Of a stretch of 64,000 nt of DNA, positions 52,301 to 64,000 are shown in pieces. The DNA comes from Octopus vulgaris (Eukaryota). Each line of letters starts with the position of its first letter. Within the stretch, counting starts at the first letter, position 1. The stretch is from positions 114,762,001-114,826,000 of the forward strand of contig OX597819.1 of NCBI GenBank assembly GCA_951406725.2. Reading direction: 5' to 3'. Made by a program: the position numbers and the translations under genes. The notes below the pieces were generated by a model that searched no databases, was not told the origin of the DNA, and saw only the letters and a list, made by a program, of their open reading frames with translations.

Positions 52301-55300
52301 GACCCTTTACTGATTTGTATTTGTTACTCATGTCTTACTTCTTTATGTAAAAATTAAAATTACCTGTTTTTCAATTTTCTAATGTGTTATTCTTAGAATT
52401 AAGTCAAATTATGTGAAACCTTTGCAACCTTGATGTGTAGAAATTACATTTGTATTTAAGAGCTGTTAATTCCTCCATTATGCTTTAAAAGTCCAACCTA
52501 CATCTTTTTTGCATATTGAGCATGGGCATTTCTTAAGTGGCAGTTCTGCCTATTTCTTTTCCTGACAAGAGTTTTACTAAGTTTACTTTAATCCTTCTTG
52601 ATTCTTGGTTTTGACTTCCGTGTTTTGAATTTCTTTTCCAATTCTTAGACTGATTCAGGTGGGAACGAGGTCAAAATTAAGATCTCAAAGGTAGTGAGCC
52701 AGCCAAATTTCGGTTAAGGGAATACATAGATACCTCATCCATCCAATCAAAATTCTCTTGAAACCATTTTATCTACGATTCTTAACTGGTATTATTAATG
52801 ATGGAAAGTTGCAATTTCATATACAATCACATTTCTTCCATCTGTTTCTTAGCAAGGGATTTGAGTGAGGCTGTGGAGAAATTACATTTGTATTTAAGAG
52901 CTGTTAATTCCTCCCTTATGCTTCAATATTCAAAGTGGGTTTGAGAAATGGAATGAGTTTCTACCAATTAAACCATTATCACTATTTGATATTATCCCTA
53001 AATGCTCATTTCAAAATCTTTAGTGCATTAACTGTTAGTTTATGGTGAAACAAATACAGAACATTGATACTGTACCTTAAGCTCTCTGTTCCAATTTTTC
53101 ATCGTAAAACATTTATGATGGTTAGTGTTCTATTGCAGATAGTGGGAGTGTGTTTTTTGTTCATTTGCAGTCCTGAGATCTTACTTCATGGGCAAAGCCC
53201 AAGAATAGATTGCCATCCTGGTATTTTAAAAATTTGTTTATTTAGATATCTTAAAAGAATTGGAGAAAGTGGATTGCTTGAAGGCACTTTTTTTCTAAGC
53301 TAAATACTTAGGAACCGTCTGGATTATATAAAACAATTTTACTATTTACATCCTATATCAAGACATGACAATTAAAATTATACAACTAGAAATCGTGGAA
53401 AAAGTTTTTCCTTACTAAATAAGGAACAAAAGTTATATATATATATTTATATATATTACTGCCTATTGTTTGTGCCTTCTCTTTTAGCTCTCCCCATGAC
53501 TCATTTGTTGCACTGAGTAAATTTTCTTTGGGAAGTGGTGTTCCATTGTTAGACACTTTATGGCAAACAAAGAGAACAGCAATCTAGATGACTGAGAATA
53601 AATATTCTCCATAGGAATAGCATGATATCCTTTTTCCTTATTTTGAATGATCTCGGAATCCAACCAGTCACTGGTCTACAGTGGTTCCATCATGGTAATA
53701 TGTAGGAGTGTTCTGAGTTCAAATGCGACCAATGTTGACTTTGCCTTTCATCCTTATGGTGTCGATAAAGTAAGTACCAGTTGAGTACGGAGGTTGTTGA
53801 AATCAACTAACTCCTTCCCTCGAAATTGCTAGCCTTGTGTCAAAATCTGCAACCAATATGTAGATGGCATGTTGCTTCATTACTCTTGTGGATCCCCAGG
53901 TCATGCATCCACTATATCTCTAAGATTGCACTACTCCTCGGCCCAGTGTATTCTGATTGCACTCTGTTGGCTTATAATAGTGCTTGAAATTGCTCAACGT
54001 TGAACTGCATGTTATGTTCTTCAGCTGGGAAAGAAAAGAAGTCACTGACAAAGCACTTTCAAGCGAAGACTATTATGTTTTATAGGGGTTCCTAGGATTG
54101 TGTTCAGTGTGTCCTTCTCTTTTTATGTATAAATCAATATTTATTATTCAACAGAGATATGAGTAAAAGGAGATTGTTAATCATTGGCAGACTCAGTTTA
54201 AGGTTTTCCACTCATTTCCATCCATCGTCAGCTGCTAGATATATTTCACTGAGTGACATCCCACAGTCTGTATGAATGGTATGGTGGTATGTTGTTCTTG
54301 TTTCCGCATGCTTTCCACCTTGTAGGGTCTTAAGCAGTAGGTACTATTGACAGCATTTATTGTGTGGGTGTTGCAGTTGCTGACCTGTTCATCTCAACTG
54401 GTGTTCCTTTATCCTTGTGCTCATTTGCTTTTTGTCAGTCATTTGGTACAACGTATTCTTGGAAATGTGGTCATTATAGGACATCTGATATATTATCCTC
54501 AGGTTTCTTGTATTTGTATTTGTTACCCATGTCTTAATTCTGTATGTAAAAATTAAAATTACCAGTTTTTCAATTTTCTAATGCGTTATTCTTAGAATTA
54601 AGTTAAATTATGTGAAACCTTTGCAACCTTGATGTGTAGAAATTACATTTGTATTTAAAAGCTGTTAATTCCTCCATTATGCTTCAATAGTCAAAGTGGT
54701 TTTGAGAAATGGAATGAGTTTCTAGCAATTTCTCAAGGAAGAAGACAAAAATCAAAACTTGGCTTGTGAGATTATGTCTGTGCTTGTGTCAAAGCCAATG
54801 TTATTTACAGCCATTCTCGAAACTATACTCTGCTAGATTGTTCTACAATAGATGTTCATTGTTTACATCCATTTTTCTATGCTTATATCAGGTGGACAAA
54901 GCACTTTCAAGCGAAGAATATCATGTTTTATAGGGGTTCCTTGGACTTGTGTTCAGTGTGTCCTTCCCTTTTTATGTATAAATCAATATTTATTATTCAA
55001 AATTCAACAAAGAAATATGTATAAAAGGGGATCGTTAATCATTGGCAGACTCAGTTTAAGGTTTTCCACTCATTTCCATCCATCTTCAGCTGCTAGATAT
55101 ATTTCACTGAGTGACATCCCACAGTCTGTATGAATGGTATGGTGGTATGTCGTTCTTGTTTCCTCATGCTCTCCACCTTGTAGGGTCTTAAGCAGTAGGT
55201 ACTGTTGACAGCATTCATTGTGTGGGTGTTGCAGTTGCTGACCTGTTCATCTCAACTGGCGTTCCTTTCTCTTTGTGCTCATTTGATTTTTGGCAGTCAT

Positions 55301-56250
55301 TTGGTACAATGTATTCTTGGAAATGTGGTCATTATAGGATATCTGATATACTATCCTCAGGTTTCTTGTGTGAAAAGTGTTCACCATGGCCCTTTACTGA
55401 TTTGTATTTGTTACCCATGTTTTACTTCTTTATGTAAAAATTACAATTACCAGTTTTTAAATTTTCTAATGCATTATTCCTAGAATTAAGTTAAATTATG
55501 TGAAACCTTTGCAACCTTGATGTGTAGAAATTACATTTTTATTTGAGAGCTGTTAATTCCTCCATTATGCTTCAATATTGAAAGTGGTTTTGAGAAAAGG
55601 AATGAGTTTCTAGCAATTAATCAAACGATTATCACTATTTGATATTATCCCTAAAAGCTCACCTCAAGATCTTGAGTGCATTAACTGTTAGTTTATGGTG
55701 AAACAAATACAGAACATTGACACTACACCTTAAGCTCTCTGTTCCAATTTTTCATCGTAAAACAGTTATGATGGTTAGTGTTCTATTGCAGACAGTGCGA
55801 GTGTGTTTTTTGTTCAATTGCAGTCCTGAGATCTTACTTCATGGGCAAAACCCCACAATAGATTGCCATCCTGGTATTTTAAAAATTTGTTAATTTAGAT
55901 ATCTTAAAAGAATTTGAGCAAGTGGATTGCTTGAAGGCACTTTTTTTCTAAGCTAAATACTTAGGAACCGTCTGGATTATATAAAACTATTTTACTATTT
56001 ACATCCTATATCAAGACATGAAAATCAAAATTATACAACTAGAAATCGTGGAAAAAGGTTTTCCTTACTAAATAAGGAACAAAAGTTATATTTATATATT
56101 TATATATATTACTCTTTATTGTTTGTGCCTTCTCTTGTAGCTCTCCCCATAACTCATTTGTTGCACTGAGTCAATTTTCTTTGGGAAGTGGTGTTTCACT
56201 GTTGGAATCTTTATGGCAAACAAAGAGAACAGCAATCTAGATGACTGAGA

Positions 56251-57519
56251 AATAGAGAATACCAAACGAGTTCCCTATGGATACCGTATTTATCACAAGT
56301 GGCTTGTAAATGTATCTAACGAGCGAAAGCGAGTTACATACATTTACAAGCCACGAGTTGTAATAAATACAGTTTCCATAGGGAATGAGTTTGGTATTTT
56401 ATTTCTTACACACAAATAAACGACCATATTTTATTAACCCAATAACTAAATTCTTCACATCGTGTTGAAGCGCGCATGAATAAAGCTTGATTTCACGTCA
56501 GTGACGTCACAATGTGTAACTGTAAAAGATGTCATGCCGCAGGAAGATAGTCCGACTTTATAGCGCTAAGTTTTCAGGTGAAATGACTGATGACTGTTTA
56601 ACATTTTGTTAACATTCACGTTCAAAAAATACATAACACAGATTGAATCTTCAATAACTTTAATAATACTCAAACCTGTTTTCGAGTAGCAATGTCAGTC
56701 AGAGTAGAGCACAACAGTCCATGCAGTCCAGTAAAACTTAACAGTCCTCATTATCTGTGAGACGAGGTCGCTTTGCATCTGAACCAAAGAAGTTCACATT
56801 GATTGTTCCCCCATATATAGGAGCCGAGAAAATGGAGTGCACAGAACCAAAGCAAGTGACACAGTTGAAATTCAAGTTCATTATTGCTCTCATCAAAGAA
56901 ATCGTCACGTAGAAGTTCGTTGATCACCTCATCAGGGATGTTAGATCTAGGGTTCGATGACAATCCACTTGTCGATGACCCTGTTTCAGGTACCTTTGTT
57001 AACCTGTATCCAGCAACATGTCGAACTTGGCCAGTATTGATCTTCACTTTGAACATTCTATATGTTCCAAGAGGTTGAACAACGGATAACACTCTTCCCC
57101 CATCTTTACCATCAATCTTAACAAAATCATTCACCTTGATATCGACAACAGTAGCCATCTTGTTGATAGATCTACCTACACTGCAAGAGTATCGACGACC
57201 AGACGAAATATGTTGTGATTTTTTTGGCAACAAAAAATTGAATTACCACCAGAAATGTTTATATTTTATGTGTATATGACTTTAAGTGATATCTGGTATA
57301 AAAAAGATAGTATGTTTGTTTAATTATATGGCTACATTCTACCTGCTCGTGAAAGTAATGAATGATGTTTAGTTGTAACTTATGAATGACAAAAGTAGTG
57401 CCGTCACCGTGACCTCGGGTCATCACCCTGGATTGACCAATCAGAAGCAGTGCTCGCAGTATCTGACATATGTTAGATACCAAAAATATCTCAGTGTTCT
57501 CACTCACATGCGTGTAATA
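56251..57519 (-). mobile_element. Internally deleted Crypton-like (tyrosine recombinase/DUF3504-type) element
   Basis: Splits GACTGAGA|ATAAATATTC, which is contiguous in the other array units, with no clear TSD. ~140-nt subterminal hairpin at 56258-56398 around GAGCGAAAGCGAG. The N-terminal ORF is joined out of frame to a C-terminal IFSAPIYGGTINVNF...KRPR tail. Family assignment is from recollection of such elements. Confidence 0.55.
56738..57158 (-). pseudogene. Remnant of the element's ORF (SH3/KOW-like N-terminus plus frameshifted C-terminus)
   Basis: AAGATGGC start at 57158: MATVVDIKVNDFVKIDGKDGGRVLSVVQPLGTYRMFKVKINTGQVRHVAGYRLTKV...DDFFDES. A second frame ends SDAKRPRLTDNEDC*. Confidence 0.5.
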
Positions 57520-60062
57520 ATAAATATTCTCCATAGAAATAGCATGATATCATTTTTCCTTGTTTTGAATGATCTTGGAATCCAACCAGCCACTGGTAAT
57601 ATGTAGATCGAATATTCTGAGTTCAAATGTGATCAAGGTTGACTTTGCCTTTTATCCTTATGGTGTCGATAAAGTAAGTACAAGTTGAGTACTGGGGTTG
57701 ATGTAATCAACTTACCCCTTCCCTCGAAATTGCTGGCCTTGTGCCAAAAACTGTAACCAATATGTAGATGGCATGTTGCATCATTATTCATGTAGATCAC
57801 TTTGTCAGGCACCAGCTATATCTCTAGAATTGCACTACTCCTCGGCCCAGTGTATTCTGATTGCACTCTGTTGGCTTATAACAGTGCTTCAAGTTGCTCA
57901 ACGTTGATCTGCATGTTATGTTCATCAGCTGGCAAAGAAAAGAAGTCACTGACAAAGCATTTTCAAGCGAAGACTATCATGTTTTATAGGGGTTCCTAGG
58001 ATTTGTGCTCAGTGTGTCCTTCTCTTTTTATGTATAAATCAATATTTATTATTCAAAATTCAACAAAGAAATATGAATAAAAGGGGATTGTTAATCATTG
58101 GCAGACTTAATTTAAGGTTTTCCACTAATTTCCATCCATCTTCAGCTGCTAGATATATTTCACTGAGTGACATCCCACAGTCTGTATGAATGGTATGGTG
58201 GTATGTTGTTCTTGTTTACTCATGCTCTCCATTTTGTAGGGTCTTAAGCAATAGGTATTGTTGATAGTATTTATTGGGTGGGTGTTTCATTTGGTGACCT
58301 GTTCATCTCAACTGGTGTTCCTTTATCCTTTTGTTCATTTGCTTTTTATCATTCATTTGGTACAATGTATCCTTGGAAATGTGGTGATTATAGGATATCT
58401 GATATATTATCCTCAGGTTTCTTGTGTGAAAAGTGTTCACCATGGCCCTTTACTGATCTGTATTTGTTACCCATGTCTTCTTTATGTAAAAATTACAATT
58501 ACCAGTTTTTCAATTTTCTAATGTGTTATTCTTACAATTAAGTTAAATTATGTGAAACCTTTGCAACCTTGATGTGTAGAGATTACATTTGTATTTAAAA
58601 GCTGTTAATTCCTCCATTATGCTTCAATATTCAAAGTGGTTTTGAGAAATGGAATGAGTTTTTAGCAATTTCTCAAGGAAGAAAAAAAAATCAAAACTAG
58701 GCTTGTGAGATTTTATCTGTGCTTGTGTCAAAGCCAATGTTACTTACAGCTGTTCTTGAAACTATACTCTGCTAGATTATTCTACAATAGATGTTGTTCA
58801 TTGTTTACATCCATTTTTCTATGCTTATATCAGGTGGACTAATCTTTTCCAGCTCAGCATCATGCCATTTGTTGCAGTTCCATCCACATTTATTTTATGT
58901 TGCACATTGAGAATAGTTTTCTCTCCTTCTTCCCAAATCTTTCTTTTCTGCTTATTCCCATTCCATTAATAGCTTTATACTTGTTTACTCACTGTCTTTC
59001 AACATATCCATTGGATGTTTATACTACTTTAGGCTCCTCCTTTGCACACCATGGTTGATACCTCTTATACACAGTGGCTCTCTCGTATAACCTGTTTTCG
59101 TTGGGTACACAGTATAATATTCCAACCTACATCTTTTTTGCATATTGAGCGTGGGTATTTCTTAAGTGGCAGTTCTACCTATTTCTTTCCCTGACAAGAG
59201 TTTTACTAAGTTTACTTTAATCCTTCTTGATTCTTGGTTTTGACTTCTGTATTTTGAATTTATTTTCCAATTCTTAGACTGATTCAGCTGGGAAATAAGT
59301 CAAAATTAAGATCTCAAAGTTAAGGAGCCAGCCAACTTTCGGTTAAGGGAATACATAGATACCTCATCAATCCAATCAGAATTCTCTTGAAACCATTTTG
59401 TCTACGATTCTTAACTGGTATTATTAATGATGGAAAGTTGCAATTTCATAAACACTCACATTTCATCCATATGTTTCTTAGCAAGGGATTTGAGTGAGGC
59501 TGTGGAGAAATTACATTTGTATTTAAAAGCTGTTAATTCCTCCATTATGCTTCAATATTCAAAGTGGTTTGGAGAAATGAAATGAGTTTCTAGCAATTAA
59601 TCAAACCATTATAACTATTTAATATTATCCCTAAAAGCTCATTTCAAAATCTATAGTGCATTAACTGTTAGTTAATGGTGTAACAAATACAGAACATTGA
59701 CACTACACCTTAAGCTCTCTGTTCCAATTTTTCATTGTAAAACATTTATGATGGTTAGTGTTCTATTGCAGATAGTGGGAGTGTGTTTTTTGTTTAGTTG
59801 CAGAACTGAGATTTTACTCTTGGGCAAAACCCCACAATAGATTGCCATCCTGGTATTTTAAAAATTTGTTAATTTAGATATCTTAAGAGTTGGAGAAAGT
59901 GGATTGCTTGAAGGCACTTTTTTTCTAAGCTAAATACTTAGGAACCGTCTGGATTATATAAAACAATTTTACTATTTACGTCCTATATCAAGACACGACA
60001 ATCAAAATTATACAACTAGAAATCGTGGAAAAATTTTTTTGTTATTAAATAAGGAACAAAAG

Positions 60063-60100
<38 letters not shown>

Positions 60101-60111
60101 TTTATAGAAGG

Positions 60112-60162
60112 AGCTTCTACAGGAGTAGAACTGTTTCATTCAGATGAAATCTTCAGGAAGCT
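60112..60162 (-). ncRNA. Type I hammerhead ribozyme (C3-G8)
   Basis: Reverse complement: AGCTTC-CTGAAGA-TTTC(ATCT)GAAT-GAAA-CAG(TTCTACTC)CTG-TA-GAAGCT; GUA triplet; U.U at 10.1-11.1. Confidence 0.75.
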
Positions 60163-60479
60163 GGCTGTCAAAATAAGTTCTGCTATTTATGCATTTAGGC
60201 AGATTTAATGGAGTGGTGGTGGCAGGGGGACGTTTTTTGGGTAGGTTGGTATTTAGGAGATAAACAGGGCACAAGCTATTGTTCTTAGGGGAGTGGTCAA
60301 AAGGCCATAGTGTTTTTTGAAATGAGAAGAATCAGTGAGAAAATAAATAAATGAATAGAAACCCCAAGAATAGTATTTCAACAGATATATGGGATGGGAT
60401 TTTAGGTAAATTAGAAGACAATTGCTTTTTGGTGGTCAAGAAGAGGTAGGCAGTTTGTTATTGTTAGGTGGAGGCAATA

Positions 60480-60641
60480 AATAGATAAATATACATGAAA
60501 AAACATAAAAAAATATAAAATAAATATACATACACATGCGAATATACATATGCATACATACGCACATATATATACATACATACATACACATACATACACA
60601 TATATATATATATCCATAGATATACATACATACACCTACAT

Positions 60642-60672
<31 letters not shown>

Positions 60673-61030
60673 CAAATACACATAAGTATACATACATAAA
60701 TATACCCATGCACATATAAACATATACATAATTATGCATATATAAACACATACATAAATATTCATATGTACACACAAACACACATAAATATATACACGCA
60801 TATATAAACACATATGTACATATAAAAACATGTGTATATAAATATATACACGCATATATAAACACATATGTACATATAAAAACATGTGTATATAAATATA
60901 TATATACGCATATATAAGTATATATACGCATTTAAATACATATATGCATAAATAAATACACACGCATACACACATACATTTATATACAAATACACATGTA
61001 TATATAAATACACATACGCATACATAAATA
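60480..61030. repeat. Compound (TA/CA)n microsatellite
   Basis: Directly visible; source of spurious ORFs. Confidence 0.9.
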
Positions 61031-61480
61031 TATCAAACTAAAATCATTGAACAAACAAATGCAAGGTCATCCGCATATCATTTCATAATTCGAACATTTA
61101 ATTATAGAATAAACATATAACCCGCAAGATGGAACAAAATTCATATGTATAGCACGTAATATTAATAATAATATGGTGCGAGAAAAATTCTTATCATTAA
61201 AAATTTAGAATTAATATTTTAGCGATTCAAAGAAAATACATTTATAAAAGGACGTAGAAAGTAAAATATAATATAAGTAATATATAAAAATATATAGGTA
61301 TATAAAAATATAGGCATATAAAAATATATAAAACATATATAAATATATATACATATAGGAGCATATAAAAAAATATATAATATATATATCATGTAAATAA
61401 AGTAAAATAAGGTTCATCGTTTAGAAATCTTATTCAGGTAAAATAAGCCTTATATTTAAGAAGGAAATCATGTTTACTTA

Positions 61481-61557
61481 TCCCTATGGCCATTTCAGCG
61501 GTGTATTATGTTTAAAGCACTAGGGTGCATTCAGATAATACCTCCTTCGTCAGGAGA
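61481..61557 (-). ncRNA. Type I hammerhead ribozyme with long stem II, intact core
   Basis: Reverse complement: TCTC-CTGACGA-AGGAGGTATTATCTGAATGCAC(CCTA)GTGCTTTAAACATAATACACCGCT-GAAA-TGGCCA-TA-GGGA; AUA triplet; ~550 nt 3' of the GIY-YIG ORF on the same strand. Confidence 0.75.
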
Positions 61558-61744
61558 AAAAAAATATATATATAAACACAAAGATAGACATCACGCACCA
61601 AGCCCATATGGTGTTGTTTGCTTTCCCACTGTGGTATTCATGCTCGGATAGCCCAAAAGATAAAGCAGTAAAGGAATTTTTCTTTTAAAGCAGTAGAGAA
61701 AGAGAAGGCGGTAAACAAAAAAAAAAAAAAAAAACAATTTTTAA

Positions 61745-62104
61745 ATCAAATTAATTCCAATTAAATTAAATTGATTTAAAAACCTCCGTGGTTTCAAATC
61801 CTGCAAAACTTAAATACTTTTATTTTTCAATTTATTTAATTTCTATATACTCAAAAAGAATGGGTTTACTTAACTAAATTAAACTGAATTAAATTGGGTT
61901 AAAATTGAATTAAATTGAGCCTTCGAGGTTTCAAATCCTGCAACAGCTAAACCAATTATTTTTTATTTTTTACAACTTATCTTTTCCTAAGACTCAGAAG
62001 GAATGGGTGCATTAAATTAAATTAAATCAATTTCAATTAACTAAACTGAACTAAAATGAGTTGCATTGAGCCTCCATGGTTTCCATCCTGCAAAAACTAA
62101 ATCC
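61745..62104. repeat. Three ~140-150 bp diverged tandem units in the Penelope-like 3' region
   Basis: CCTYCRWGGTTTC(A)AATCCTGCAA at ~61783, 61920 and 62071, separated by (AATTA)-rich spacers. Confidence 0.7.
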
Positions 62105-62105
62105 A

Positions 62106-62825
62106 TTACTTACTACAATTTATTTTATTCCTGTAGATTTTCAGGAATGTAGAAGAAAATTTATGTATGCAAAAGGGGATCACGTCCGTAAATTTATTCA
62201 GAATGTGCGGTCCATAACACCTAAGGATGGTAAGTGATTCCCTTATGCATAGCCTACACTTGCTGATATTTTTCTTGAAGTTTGGGGTTTTAGAAATGAT
62301 GGACCATTCTAGGAAATAATTCTTATTGTTCTTTCTCAGGTTGTGTATATGCGATGCAAGTGTAGTTGAGTTATAGTATTTTTCGTTAGCAAAAGAGTTC
62401 ATGTGTGATCTATATCGCGCCTTAAAATCCATCGTACTACCTATATAAAATTTGTTTAGCTTATCTACATCCCTAACTACACATTTATATATTACGTTGG
62501 TAACCAGACAGGAACCATCCAAAGGACATAATTTGGGTTTCCTACAGTTACATGTCTTTTCGGGGCCTTTCCTAATCTTTTTCCTATTGTTATCTTTACT
62601 TATTTTATCTCCAGTTCCAGACGGGTTTCCCTCAAAACTACCCTTATAACATGGGTTCGATGAGTCCGGTAAAGGTAGACCGTTTATAGCTTTGGTAATC
62701 GGCTTTACAGGATTATCAAACACATTTCCTTGGTCATCCTCAAAGGAACTTTCTTTTGCCGTTCCACCTAGTAAGCTTGCTTCTATATATATGCCGTCAT
62801 ATATATTGGTTGCAGTTTTTGGCAC
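62106..62825 (-). mobile_element. 5'-truncated Penelope-like retroelement: GIY-YIG endonuclease domain (Naiad-like), RT absent
   Basis: CNCRKPKLCPLDGSCL Zn motif, NVIY...FYIG, FKARYRSH, TTLASHI, LEWSII, CRLCIRE, LNK and CIH motifs. Open frame without ATG before the domain; a SINE fragment lies upstream. Confidence 0.85.
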
Positions 62826-63019
62826 AAAGCTAGCAATTTTGAGGGAAGGAGTAAGTTGATTACTTCAACCCCAGAACTCATTTGGTACTTACTTTATTGA
62901 CACCATAAGGATAAAAGTCAAAGTCAACCTTGGTCGCATTTGAACTCGGAACTCTCCATCTTCATATTACCAAGATAGAACCACTGTAGGCCAGTGTCTG
63001 GCTGGATTGTGTTCGAGAA

Positions 63020-63147
63020 TGTGTATTTATGTGTGTGTATGTATGTATGTATGTATATGTGTATATATTTATATGCATGTATGTATTTATGTATATATAT
63101 ATATATATGTATGTATATGTGTATATATTTATATGCATGTATGTATT

Positions 63148-63194
<47 letters not shown>

Positions 63195-63221
63195 ATGTAT
63201 GTGTATATGCATGTATATATT
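63020..63221. repeat. (TA/TG)n microsatellite with an internal ~58-bp duplication
   Basis: Directly visible; the array sequence resumes at ~63222. Confidence 0.85.
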
Positions 63222-64000
63222 TCCAGCTCAGCATCATGCCCTTTGTTGCAGTTCCATCCTCATTTATTTTATGTTGCACATTGAGAATAGTTTTCTCTAC
63301 TTCCCAAATATTTCTTTTCTGCTTATTCCTATTCCATTAATAGCATTATACTTGTTTACCCACTGTCTTTCATCATATCCATTGGATGTTTATACCACTT
63401 TAGGCTCCTCCTTTGCACACCATGGTTGATACCTCTTATACACAGTGGCTCTCTCATATAACCAGTTTTCATTGGGTACACCGTATAAAATTCCAACCTA
63501 CATCATTTTTTGCATATTGAGCATGGGCATTTCTTAAATGGCAGTCTTATTTTTATTTTTCCTGACAAGAGTTTTACTAAGTTTACCTTATTCCCTTTTG
63601 AATCTTGGTTTTTGACATCGATGTTTTGAATTTCTTTTCTAATTCTTAGACTGATTTAGCTGGGAACTAGGTCAAAATTAAGAGATCTCAAAGGTAGTGA
63701 ACCAGCCAACTTTCGGTTAAGGGAATACATAGATACCTCATCATTCCAATCAGAATTCTCTTGAAACCATTTTGTCTATGATTCTTAACTGGTATTATTA
63801 ATGATGGAATGTTGCAATTTCATAAACACTCACATTTCTTCCATGTTTCTTAGCAAGGGATTTGAGTGAGGCTGTGGAGAAATTACATTTGTATTTAAGA
63901 GCTGTTAATTCCTCCCTTATGCTTCAATATTCAAAGTGGTTTTGAGAAGTGGAATGAGTTTCTAGCAATTAATCAAACCATTATCACTATTTGATATTAT

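Larger units (their letters stand above)
51097..64000. repeat. Complex tandem segmental array of ~2.2-2.7 kb units built from decayed LINE and SINE fragments
   Basis: Unit marker TCTGGATTATAT at 51097, 53318, 55971 and 59948; sub-module GACAAAGCACTTTCAAG at ~51814, 54047, 54896 and 57951. Includes a minus-strand LINE remnant (GWIPRSFKTRKKDIMLFLWRIFILSHLDCCS) and SINE A fragments. Confidence 0.9.

Noticed and set aside
56915-56942. CTGATGAG on the minus strand
   Set aside because: Lies in coding sequence (PDEV) with no GAAA or stems.
52118-58541. Recurrent ~70-90 aa hydrophobic ORFs in each array unit, resembling a small-protein family
   Set aside because: Non-ATG starts, variable stops and frameshifts between units, and they appear to lie antisense to decayed LINE sequence.
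60411-63429. Many YIYI/CVCV-rich ORFs
   Set aside because: Translations of (TA/CA/TG)n microsatellites.

Overview
AT-rich, repeat-dense animal genomic DNA; the SINE/LINE repertoire resembles Octopus (inference from sequence recognition, not a search). One host gene could be assembled by hand on the + strand, none of its first four exons being in the ORF track. Five phase-consistent coding exons (7950-8098, 32890-33015, 34371-34474, 35643-35772, 42074-42584) give a 339-aa type I membrane protein: long signal peptide, one EMI-like domain (CCPGW), a TM helix and a Tyr-free Pro/Glu-rich tail. Intron 1 holds an intact-ORF Merlin/IS1595-family transposase between diverged inverted repeats. Elsewhere are decayed RTE, RTE-X-like, CR1/L2-like, Tc1 and mariner elements, hAT, piggyBac and pogo MITEs, and many SINEs. 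From ~51.1 kb to the end runs a tandem array of ~2.2-2.7 kb units, interrupted by an internally deleted Crypton-like element and a Penelope-like GIY-YIG fragment. The most striking signal is six type I hammerhead ribozyme folds, most in Penelope-like inserts, in which the C3-G8 core tertiary pair occurs as C-G, U-A and G-C (compensatory covariation). All folds were done by eye; repeat boundaries are approximate.
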